Both the position numbers and the translations under genes were made by a program. The notes under the pieces were generated by a model that made no database searches, was not told the DNA's origin, and worked only from the letters and a program-made list of their open reading frames with translations. Below are positions 24,336 through 32,134 of a DNA stretch of 64,000 nucleotides, in pieces. The DNA comes from Deltaproteobacteria bacterium (GTDB taxonomy: Bacteria; CG2-30-53-67), in the NCBI GenBank assembly GCA_013151235.1, contig JAADIO010000016.1, positions 1 through 64,000 of the forward strand, given 5' to 3'. Position 1 is the stretch's first letter; every line of letters begins with the position of its first letter.

Positions 24336-24500
24336 CTAATGATAGTCCGTTATTTCCATATCGTAGGCGTCGCCATTATGCCATCGAAAGCATATTCTCC
24401 ACTGGACATTGATCCGGATACTGCAACACACTTTTCTGTCCCCCGATAGCCGTTCCAAATGATTCCCCCGCGGGACCCTCAAATCCTCCAACCTCTCCGC
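24336..24500 (-). pseudogene. higB: HigB/RelE-like toxin, 5'-truncated relic
   Basis: LEDLRVPRGNHLERLSGDR...SIRINVQWRICFRW...EITDYH; N-terminus replaced by a REP-like copy. Confidence 0.8.
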
Positions 24501-24513
24501 CGTATCATTAGTG

Positions 24514-24534
24514 TCATTTGTCAAGGTCCTGTCC
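24514..24534 (-). repeat. Degenerate REP-like palindrome copy
   Basis: Minus strand GGACAGGACCTTGACAAATGA. Confidence 0.65.
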
Positions 24535-24596
24535 GGCTCGGCACCGGTCGTGTGCCACGATCGGGAAAGAGGGAGAACAAATTTATCGTGACCCAT

Positions 24597-24630
24597 CACA
24601 TCAAATGGTGTCACACATCAAATGGTGTCA
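24597..24630 (+). repeat. Tandem duplication, 2 x 17 bp
   Basis: (CACATCAAATGGTGTCA)2; the last GGTGTCA is the start of the REP-like repeat. Confidence 0.9.
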
Positions 24631-25643
24631 GGCCCTGACAAATGATATAAGCTCCCCGAGCTTTTTGGCTAATTTCTGGTTCCGTTCCATTTCTTTTTCA
24701 AACCTCGACACATTGTGACTGACGGCTGTAGGATGGATCCCCCCAAAAAGGTCGGCAATCTCCTGATTGGGCAGACCACAATATTTTTTGACCAGATAGA
24801 TTGCAACCTTACGGGGAAGATTATTGCGCCCTCCTCTCTGTTCCAGTGAGTTTCTGGAAATACCAAAGAAAGATGAGACAAGCTTCAAGATCTCATCAGC
24901 CTGCGGGGCGGTTCGAAACCGTTTCCGTTCGATAATATCGTGGTCAAATTCTTTGCCGGCAAGGGTCTTCTTCGCCTTCTCGACAAACGCTTCACCCCCC
25001 AGGATCACTTGCCCAAACAGACCGTCAAAAGGATCTTGCCCCATCGTGCACTGTGCTGTTTTCACAAAGGAACGATACGCTCTTCCGGCCTCATTTTCTT
25101 TTGAACTGAAGCGGGACAGGATCCAGCTATACTCCACCCATAAAAACCTTTTCTGCTTATTGACAAATCCCGGATAACTGCTCCACTGATATTCCGATAC
25201 CTCCTTCACGATCCCTGCACGAACAGGATTCAGGTGGACGTATCGACTCAGTTCCAGGAGATAGCTTTCTTTCTCCACAAGGATCGCTTTGTATCTTCCC
25301 TGAAACAGATGGCCGCTGCGATTATATTTTCGATTGACGTATCCGGTATACCGGCTGTTCAGGCCGTGCATCACTTTGAGGAGATTTCCCTGTGGTGTCT
25401 CTATGATCAGATGATAGTGGTTCGACATCAGGACATAGCTGTGGATCAGTATACTGTATCGGTGATGATACTCTTCCAGAAAAGAGAGGAACATTTCCCG
25501 GTCGGAATCCTTGAAGAAAATCTCTTTCTTCTCATTTCCACGGCTGGTCACATGGTACAAGGCACCTGGATATTCGATACGGAGTGGACGTCCCATGAAA
25601 TTAATATACCCGCAAATTATGTCATTTGTCAAGGCCTGACACC
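24624..25643. mobile_element. RAYT-like unit bounded by inverted REP-like repeats
   Basis: GGTGTCAGGCCYTGACAAATGAYATAA at both ends in inverted orientation around the transposase. Confidence 0.75.
24628..25596 (-). CDS. REP-associated tyrosine transposase (Y1 HUH) with C-terminal DnaA_C-like HTH
   Basis: MGRPLRIEYPGALYHVTSRGN, LMSNHYHL (HUH), GHLFQGRY, YVHLNPVRAG, YQWSSY; C-terminal RKVAIYL...EIADLFGG. Confidence 0.92.
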   Translation of the reverse strand: MGRPLRIEYPGALYHVTSRGNEKKEIFFKDSDREMFLSFLEEYHHRYSILIHSYVLMSNHYHLIIETPQGNLLKVMHGLNSRYTGYVNRKYNRSGHLFQGRYKAILVEKESYLLELSRYVHLNPVRAGIVKEVSEYQWSSYPGFVNKQKRFLWVEYSWILSRFSSKENEAGRAYRSFVKTAQCTMGQDPFDGLFGQVILGGEAFVEKAKKTLAGKEFDHDIIERKRFRTAPQADEILKLVSSFFGISRNSLEQRGGRNNLPRKVAIYLVKKYCGLPNQEIADLFGGIHPTAVSHNVSRFEKEMERNQKLAKKLGELISFVRA

Positions 25644-25684
25644 CAAGCTTTGTGACACCCAAGCTTTGTGACACCCAAGCTTTG
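25637..25684 (+). repeat. Tandem repeat, 3 x 16 bp
   Basis: (TGACACCCAAGCTTTG)3, perfect; TGACACC is the REP terminus. Confidence 0.95.
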
Positions 25685-25965
25685 CAAATGCGATGGGGAT
25701 TGTAAATCTAATTCTTTGGAGTGGCGGATAATTTGACCGGGAGATCGACGTGCAACGCGGAAGAGGGTCCGGAAGTCAGAAAGTTTTTCTCCATCTGTGC
25801 AAACTTTTGCCTAATAGTGGAAATAGTTTTCACAATAATGGTAAATTTTTTCCACTTTTCAAAACACATCGTTGTCGCAAGCCTGGGACACAAAGAGAAG
25901 ATTCACAAAAAACACCCATCTTTTCATGTGGTTAAAGCGACGATCATTCAAGATCGACTCTATAA

Positions 25966-25981
25966 TGGTATAAAAATTGCA
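25966..25981 (+). promoter_or_regulatory. Sigma-54 (-24/-12) promoter upstream of PEP-CTERM genes
   Basis: TGGTATAAAAATTGCA, GG-N10-GC spacing. Confidence 0.65.
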
Positions 25982-26131
25982 TTATAGTCAACTTGTAAAC
26001 TTTCCCATTCGCTCATTACTTTCGAATGATGCATCTACTTTTTTTGCTAACTTTGAGCTGGATTTTTGCTCCATGTATCATACACTGTTAACTCTCTGTT
26101 TCTTCATATAACGCAGGCAACTCGACCTTTT

Positions 26132-26215
26132 GTGCCTATTCGGCTTTCTCCTGCTGGGCTCCGGCCTCTTCCGGCTGTCCGCCTGCAGGCGCAACTGTTT
26201 CCGGAAGCTCAATAA
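26132..26215 (+). pseudogene. Relic PEP-CTERM/VPLPA-like sorting-signal fragment
   Basis: GTGCCTATT (VPI), then shifted frame GFLLLGSGLFRLSACRR; no upstream ORF. Confidence 0.45.
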
Positions 26216-26256
26216 GACCCACCACAAAACTACTCGCTGTTTGGGAGGGTGAATCA

Positions 26257-26880
26257 ATGGATCGACACAACATCTTCTTTTATGTTCTGGTCTTTTTTTG
26301 TATCTCCGTTATGCCTGCTCATGCAACACTGATCGATATCGGAGGCGGCCTGATCTATGATGACGTCCTCGACGTCACATGGCTTCAGGACGCAAACTAT
26401 GCAAAAACATCCGGGTATAACGCAGACGGCCTGATGACCTGGTCGGAAGCCCAGGCCTGGGCCGGGGGGTTGTCTTATTATGACTCGGTCCGGGATGTTG
26501 TGTTGGATGACTGGATACTTCCGACTACACCGGGAACAATTAACGGACCTCTGAACGAAGGTGATTTGGGCCATCTCTACTTTGAGGAGGGAGTCACACC
26601 TGCAACACCAGGACCATTTGTCAACTTGCAGGCCGGCAAATACTGGACGGACACTCCCTATTCCCTAGACCCGAACAAGGCATGGGGATTCGATTTTGTC
26701 GTCGGTGGGCCCTGTGTAAGCGCTATAGACGAAAGAACGTCCATCATGCCTTACCGTCCTCGTAAGCCGCCTTTTCATGGTCCCATCACTCCGGAACCCT
26801 CATCATTCATCCTGATCGGAACGGGACTGTCCGGATTACTCGTCTTGACAAAAGGGAAAGCAAAACACCACAAACCATAA
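26257..26880 (+). CDS. PEP-CTERM sorting domain protein (DUF1566/Lcl-like body)
   Basis: Signal peptide AHA, LIYDDVLDVTWLQDANYA, C-terminal TPEPSSFILIGTGLSGLLVLTKGK. Confidence 0.9.
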   Translation: MDRHNIFFYVLVFFCISVMPAHATLIDIGGGLIYDDVLDVTWLQDANYAKTSGYNADGLMTWSEAQAWAGGLSYYDSVRDVVLDDWILPTTPGTINGPLNEGDLGHLYFEEGVTPATPGPFVNLQAGKYWTDTPYSLDPNKAWGFDFVVGGPCVSAIDERTSIMPYRPRKPPFHGPITPEPSSFILIGTGLSGLLVLTKGKAKHHKP

Positions 26881-26928
26881 CCATATTCCAATCCCAAGCC
26901 TGACTTGAAAATCGGTGGAGAGAAAAAA

Positions 26929-27648
26929 ATGATGAAGAGAATCCATCCGTTGGAATTTAATGATATCGAATTCATAAAACAACAGAACAGGTTCCATCTT
27001 TTTTATATCCCGATGATTATTGTGCTGACCATTTATTCATCGAATTCTTTTGCAACGCCCATCGATCCGCCTCCTCATTTGAAAATTATGAATGACAGCC
27101 CAGGATTCTTTGAAGCAGAAATAGACGGAATGATGTCAGGTGCTACGTGGTCCTCGCAAGGTCCATCAACTCAAAACGGCAACATTACCATTTCTGTTTG
27201 GGAATATCTTATACCTGTGGTGGGAGTCAAGTGGCATGCTTGGGGCCAGTTGGAGAAAGTTATATATCGGGATATGTCGGATAGTAATGCTTATCCTGAA
27301 TTCACTTATAATCTGTTTCTCTATGGAAGGCATATGGTTGCGCTTCACAACAATGAAACTGCACCGAACACGAATATATTAGCAACCTATTTTCTAAACT
27401 TAAGAGGAATTTCAAGCAGTCCCTCATTACAAAAAGACAAAGATAGCGTGTTGCACCCTCACATTCCACATAACGACTCAATGCAATTAACTGTTTACGA
27501 TATGGACGATGAAAGCCCAAGTTATCTTTGGCCGGACGGATCAATTTTCAGTGTCGTAAAAATGTATCACACTCCGGAACCATGTTCCATTCTACTTTTT
27601 GGTTCTGGAATTTCTATTTTATTTAGGTTTGTCAGAAAGAAAGGCTGA
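26929..27648 (+). CDS. PEP-CTERM sorting domain protein, low GC
   Basis: SFA-TPI signal cleavage site, C-terminal TPEPCSILLFGSGISILFRFVRKKG; start uncertain. Confidence 0.85.
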   Translation: MMKRIHPLEFNDIEFIKQQNRFHLFYIPMIIVLTIYSSNSFATPIDPPPHLKIMNDSPGFFEAEIDGMMSGATWSSQGPSTQNGNITISVWEYLIPVVGVKWHAWGQLEKVIYRDMSDSNAYPEFTYNLFLYGRHMVALHNNETAPNTNILATYFLNLRGISSSPSLQKDKDSVLHPHIPHNDSMQLTVYDMDDESPSYLWPDGSIFSVVKMYHTPEPCSILLFGSGISILFRFVRKKG

Positions 27649-27798
27649 TAGCGCATCTTCCGCAGTTCAAAATGCAAATTATCCGTATGGTTAGAATTCT
27701 AAATCGTAATGTTTTGATGTTTCTTCGTGAACTTGGCGATCTTGGCGAGAACGGAGCAAATCTTCGGTAAACCGCTCGGGCTCGCAGTCAGCATACCC

Positions 27799-29592
27799 TC
27801 ACAACCCCATCCCCATCTCGATATAGCCGCAGGGGCAGGTATACGAACAGATATGACAGCCGTTGCAACGGGTGTAGTCGGTAAACATCACCTGTCCCAT
27901 GGGCCGGGAGAAATCGTGACGGATGGCATGGCGGGGGCAATAGATCCGGCACTGACCGCAGCTCATGCAGAGCCCGCAGCTCATGCAACGTCCGGCCTCG
28001 GCCACGGCGTCCTCCGGAGCCAATGTCCCGAAGATCTCCTGGAAGCCGTTGACCCGGTCGGAAACGTTTTGTGCCGGCGGCTCGTGACGCGGGGCATCGG
28101 GATAGTAATCGAGGCGAAGATCTCTTTCCCGGATGGGCCGCACCTTCGGCAGGGGACGGTACTCCCGGCCATGAAGATAGGCATCGATCGCCAGGGCCGC
28201 TTTCCGCCCTTCCCCCACGGAACGGGTGGAGATCCCCAGACCGAGGACATCGCCGCCGGCAAAGACCCCTTCGACATTCGTCTCTCCGTTCTTCCGGACC
28301 TCTCCCCAGCCCCATTCGTTTGCCAGTCCCTTCATGTCCCCGGCAAAATCGGGAAGTTGACCGATCCCGGAGATCACGGCCGTGGCCTCGATAAAGAACT
28401 CCGATCCTTCCACGGGCAGGGGGCGCCGCCGGCCGGATGAATCGGGCTCGCCCAATTCCATACGGATGCATCGGACCCCGGCCACACGGTGATTCTTCAC
28501 TTCAATTTCAACGGGAGCGGCCAGAAATTCGATCCGCACCCCTTCCTTTTCCGCCGCAACGATCTCTTCTTCGATGGCCGGCATCTCGGCACCGGTACGC
28601 CGGTAGAGGATCGTCACCTCGGCGCCGCCTTGCCGTCTCGAGACGCGGGCCGAATCGAGCACACTCTGGGCCGATTCGGTATCAAACTGTTCCTCCTCAC
28701 CGGAATCCTTGTGCGCCATCCGGAGGGAGACGTCGATGGCGCTGTTTCCGCCACCGATGACGACCACCTTGTTTCCAAGGTCGATCTCGACTCCCGAATT
28801 GATCCGGTTGAGGTAGTCGGCCGCGGCAAAGACATGGGAGGCATCCTCGCCGGGGATATTGAGCGCCACGCCCCGATGGGCGCCGATCGCCACATAGAGG
28901 GCATCGTATTCACTGCGAAGCTCCCGGAAAGGGAGGTCGACGCCGACCTTGACGTTGGAGCGGAGATTGACCCCCAGGTCGAGAATTTTCCGGATCTCGC
29001 CGTCGAGGACCTCCTCCGGGAGCCGGTAGGAGGGGACGCCGTAACGGAGCATTCCGCCCGGTTTTTCATAGGCATCAAAGAGGGTGACGGGGTAGCCGCG
29101 CCGGACCAGTTGGTAGGCGCAGGAAAGTCCCGAGGGCCCGGCGCCGATCACGGCCACGCTCTGCGGTTTCACTTCCTCCGTCAGTTTCCGTAACGGAAGT
29201 CCCCGTGCGAGGCCGTGGTCCCCGACCGCACGTTCAAAGGCGTTGATCGCCACGGCGCCGTCGGCCTTGTGCTGCCGGTTGCACCCCTTTTCACAGGGAT
29301 GGGGGCAGATCCGTCCATGTACGGCGGGCAGGGGATTCTTGTCCGTCAGTATGTACCAGGCCTCATCCAGGGCCTCATCGACGGGTTTTTTTTGATATTC
29401 CGCACGTGCCACCACGGTAAGATACCCCCGGATATCTTCACTGCTCGGGCATTCCGCCCGGCAGGGGGGCAGTTTCCGTACATAGACGGGGCACTTCCAG
29501 CTTTCACCGCTGGTGACCACCATCTCCGAGGGGGAGGCCTTTTTGTTTTGAATGATTTCAAGGTCCCGGCAAAAAACAGATTCTGCGCCCAT
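27799..29592 (-). CDS. dsrL: Iron-sulfur flavoprotein DsrL (NAD(P)H:acceptor oxidoreductase)
   Basis: KCPVYV..LPPCRAECPSSEDIRG, GRICPHPCE..CNR, GAGPSG, GGGNSAID, YRR, C-terminal CMSCGLC..CP and CNGCHIC..CPCGYIEMG; directly follows dsrB. Confidence 0.9.
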   Translation of the reverse strand: MGAESVFCRDLEIIQNKKASPSEMVVTSGESWKCPVYVRKLPPCRAECPSSEDIRGYLTVVARAEYQKKPVDEALDEAWYILTDKNPLPAVHGRICPHPCEKGCNRQHKADGAVAINAFERAVGDHGLARGLPLRKLTEEVKPQSVAVIGAGPSGLSCAYQLVRRGYPVTLFDAYEKPGGMLRYGVPSYRLPEEVLDGEIRKILDLGVNLRSNVKVGVDLPFRELRSEYDALYVAIGAHRGVALNIPGEDASHVFAAADYLNRINSGVEIDLGNKVVVIGGGNSAIDVSLRMAHKDSGEEEQFDTESAQSVLDSARVSRRQGGAEVTILYRRTGAEMPAIEEEIVAAEKEGVRIEFLAAPVEIEVKNHRVAGVRCIRMELGEPDSSGRRRPLPVEGSEFFIEATAVISGIGQLPDFAGDMKGLANEWGWGEVRKNGETNVEGVFAGGDVLGLGISTRSVGEGRKAALAIDAYLHGREYRPLPKVRPIRERDLRLDYYPDAPRHEPPAQNVSDRVNGFQEIFGTLAPEDAVAEAGRCMSCGLCMSCGQCRIYCPRHAIRHDFSRPMGQVMFTDYTRCNGCHICSYTCPCGYIEMGMGL

Positions 29593-29605
29593 GGTCATTC
29601 CCCTC

Positions 29606-30682
29606 CTATAAGCGGACCTGCGAGGACGTGTTGAAGGTCGTCCGGGCAAAGCGGTAATTATCGATATGGTACTTGGTGAAGGGAAAACCGGTAACCTCGA
29701 AGAACCGCTTCCAGCCGACCCGGTCGATCCACTCGCCGACCCGCTCGTAGGGCTTCGCACCCGCCTTGTAGGCATCGAGGATCCTGCAGACCGCCTCGCT
29801 CACCTCCGGCCACCGGGGGGGATTGTTGGGGAGCCCGTAGGTGGCGAGTTTCATGAAGGAAGGTCCGCTCCGGGTACTCGCCGACTTGCCGCCGACCCAG
29901 ATCGAGAGCGTATCGGCCTCGGCATCACGGATCTCCATGCTCGGACACTGTCCGTGACAGGCCCCGCAGTACATGCACTTCTCTTCGATCACCTCCAGGG
30001 AGTCCCGGCCTTCCACCCTGCGCGGCCGGACCGCCGCAACGGGGCAGATCGCCACCACCTTGGGAAGCTCACAGATCTGCATCTTTCCGTGATCGATCTT
30101 CGGCGGTTTGTGGTGCTGCAGATTGATGGCGATATCCGACTGCCCGCCGCAGTTGATCTGGCAGCAGGAGGTGGAGATCTTGACGCGTTGGGGCAGGCGC
30201 TCGTTCACGAAGTCCTCATAGAGGGTATCCATGAGTGCCTTGACGGCGCCGGCCGCATCGGTTCCGGGGAGGTTGCAGTGCAGCCATCCCTGGGTATGGA
30301 TCACATTGGAGATGGACGGTCCGGTCCCCCCCACGGGGAAACCGAGAATGTCGCGGACCTCCCGGATCAGGGGATCGATATCCTCCTCGCGGGCCAGGAG
30401 AAACTCGATGTTGCACCGGCTGGTGAAGCGCAGATGCCCCTGGCAGTATTTGTCCGCAATCGTACAGATCTTCCGGACCGTATCCACACTCATGGTTCGG
30501 GGGGATCCCGCCCGGACCGTGTAGAGGGCATCCCCGCTTTCCGCCACATGGACCAGCACACCGGGGCGGAGACGCTCATGATACTTCCACTTGCCGTAGT
30601 TTTTGGCCATGAGGGGATGGAGAAACTTCTTGAACTCGGGCGCCCCGTTATCCCGGGGTGCCGTCTTTTTTGTGGTGGTCAT
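29606..30682 (-). CDS. dsrB: Dissimilatory sulfite reductase beta subunit, oxidative-type signature
   Basis: NYGKWKYHE..RPGVLVHVAESG, HTQGWLHC, TSCCQINCGGQSDIAIN, LPNNPPRWPE, FPFTKYHID. Confidence 0.95.
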   Translation of the reverse strand: MTTTKKTAPRDNGAPEFKKFLHPLMAKNYGKWKYHERLRPGVLVHVAESGDALYTVRAGSPRTMSVDTVRKICTIADKYCQGHLRFTSRCNIEFLLAREEDIDPLIREVRDILGFPVGGTGPSISNVIHTQGWLHCNLPGTDAAGAVKALMDTLYEDFVNERLPQRVKISTSCCQINCGGQSDIAINLQHHKPPKIDHGKMQICELPKVVAICPVAAVRPRRVEGRDSLEVIEEKCMYCGACHGQCPSMEIRDAEADTLSIWVGGKSASTRSGPSFMKLATYGLPNNPPRWPEVSEAVCRILDAYKAGAKPYERVGEWIDRVGWKRFFEVTGFPFTKYHIDNYRFARTTFNTSSQVRL

Positions 30683-30698
30683 CGTTGATCCTCCCGCG

Positions 30699-31976
30699 CT
30701 ATGAGATGGTCTCTTCGCCGTCCGGCTCCTTGTTCAAAACAGACGGGGCCTTTTTTTCCTCTCCCGCCATCCTCGGCCGCGTGTACTCTTCGAATTTGAT
30801 ATAAGGGTTGCTGCGCGGCTGATTGACCATCTGCGGATCCGGTTCCAGGCCGATGCCGTCGAGGAAGGTCCCCAGTCCGACCCGGTCGATGAATTCGCCG
30901 ACCCGTTCGTGTTCCATCCCATGCTCCCCCCAGAAGTCCCAGATTCTCCGGACGAGGTCGGTCAGTCTTTCCCAATCCTCCTCGCTCTCCATCTTCATGA
31001 AGGGGACCAGCACCGAACTCATGGTATCCCCGATCTTCAGGCTGCGCTTGCCGCCGATCAGGATCGTCACCCCCCGGTCACGTCCGATCGACAGGGCCCT
31101 GTGCATCACGTTGATACAGTGCATGCAATGGACACAGTTGTCGTCGTCGATTATGATTTTCCGGTCCTTCAGGGTCATACATTGGGTGGGACAGCGTGCA
31201 ATCACCGTATTCATCACCGAGCGTTCTCCCCGCTCGTCAATAAACCTGGCGACCTCTTCCTGGTCCACCTGGATGCCGTCGCGCCAGGTCCCGATGATCG
31301 GCATGTCGGAGCGCTGCATGGAACAGGCACAGTCGTTGGCGCAGCCGGAGAGCTTGAACTTGTACTTGTAGGGGAATTCGGGACGATGAAGTTCGCTGAT
31401 AAAGGTATCGGTAATGTACTTGGTCAGACCGAGGGTATCAAAGCAGGACATCTCGCACCGGGCGGGTCCGACGCAGCAGGCGAGCGTCCGCATGGCCGCG
31501 CCCGAACCGCCGAGGTCCCAGCCCTTCTCCATGAGTTCCTCGCCTGCTTCAAAGGTCTGCTCATTGTCGGAACCAAGCATCAGGATGTCACCGGTCATGC
31601 CGTGGAACTGGAGGATCCCGGCGCTGTGTTTCTCGCTGATATCGCAGAGTTCCCGAAGGGCCGCAGTCGAATAGACCCAGGCCGAAGGTTCAAGAATCCG
31701 GATCGTGTTGAACCGGGCCATGGCCGGGAACTTGTCCACCACGTCCGAGTATCGGCCGATCACCCCGCCGCCGTATCCGTCGAGATTGATCACCGTCCCG
31801 AGCCAGTGATCGGTGCGCGTCTCGTAGGACTCTTCCAGTTGCCCCAGAAGCTGTTTCACGGCCGGCTTCTTTTCGGACAAGTCCTTCAGGTCCGTCACGA
31901 AACTCGGCCACGGGCCTTTTTCCAATTCGTCCAGCAAAGGCGTTTGGATCTCTTCGGGCTCTTTTGTGTCAGACAT
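30699..31976 (-). CDS. dsrA: Dissimilatory sulfite reductase alpha subunit
   Basis: TPLLDELEKGPWPSFV, GYGGGVIGRY, siroheme-[4Fe-4S] CVGPARC and GCANDC, YKFK, CVHCMHCIN, PRSNPY. Confidence 0.95.
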   Translation of the reverse strand: MSDTKEPEEIQTPLLDELEKGPWPSFVTDLKDLSEKKPAVKQLLGQLEESYETRTDHWLGTVINLDGYGGGVIGRYSDVVDKFPAMARFNTIRILEPSAWVYSTAALRELCDISEKHSAGILQFHGMTGDILMLGSDNEQTFEAGEELMEKGWDLGGSGAAMRTLACCVGPARCEMSCFDTLGLTKYITDTFISELHRPEFPYKYKFKLSGCANDCACSMQRSDMPIIGTWRDGIQVDQEEVARFIDERGERSVMNTVIARCPTQCMTLKDRKIIIDDDNCVHCMHCINVMHRALSIGRDRGVTILIGGKRSLKIGDTMSSVLVPFMKMESEEDWERLTDLVRRIWDFWGEHGMEHERVGEFIDRVGLGTFLDGIGLEPDPQMVNQPRSNPYIKFEEYTRPRMAGEEKKAPSVLNKEPDGEETIS

Positions 31977-32118
31977 CACTCACCCCTTCCTTCTTTCCGG
32001 AACCGCTTCACGGATGTGATTTGCATCGCCGGCAAACAAAACTGCGGATCATGGTTTCTCAATCAATAGAAATAGACCAGCATTCATTCAAACATTACTA
32101 TATCTCAATATATTTTAT

Positions 32119-32134
32119 TGTGACGCATATCACA
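32119..32134. promoter_or_regulatory. CRP/FNR-family binding box upstream of dsrA
   Basis: TGTGA-CGCATA-TCACA, perfect TGTGA-N6-TCACA in AT-rich intergenic DNA. Confidence 0.65.

Noticed and set aside
25637-25684. CRISPR array
   Set aside because: Units are identical 16-mers without unique spacers; no cas genes in the window
27799-29592. Glutamate synthase small subunit (gltD)
   Set aside because: No gltB nearby; has DsrL-type N-terminal KCPVY and C-terminal ferredoxin domain and follows dsrB
29593-29775. N-terminal extension of dsrL in the ORF track, or a hidden dsrD
   Set aside because: Overlaps the dsrB 3' end; the RBS favours the ATG at 29592; only 13 bp separate dsrB and dsrL
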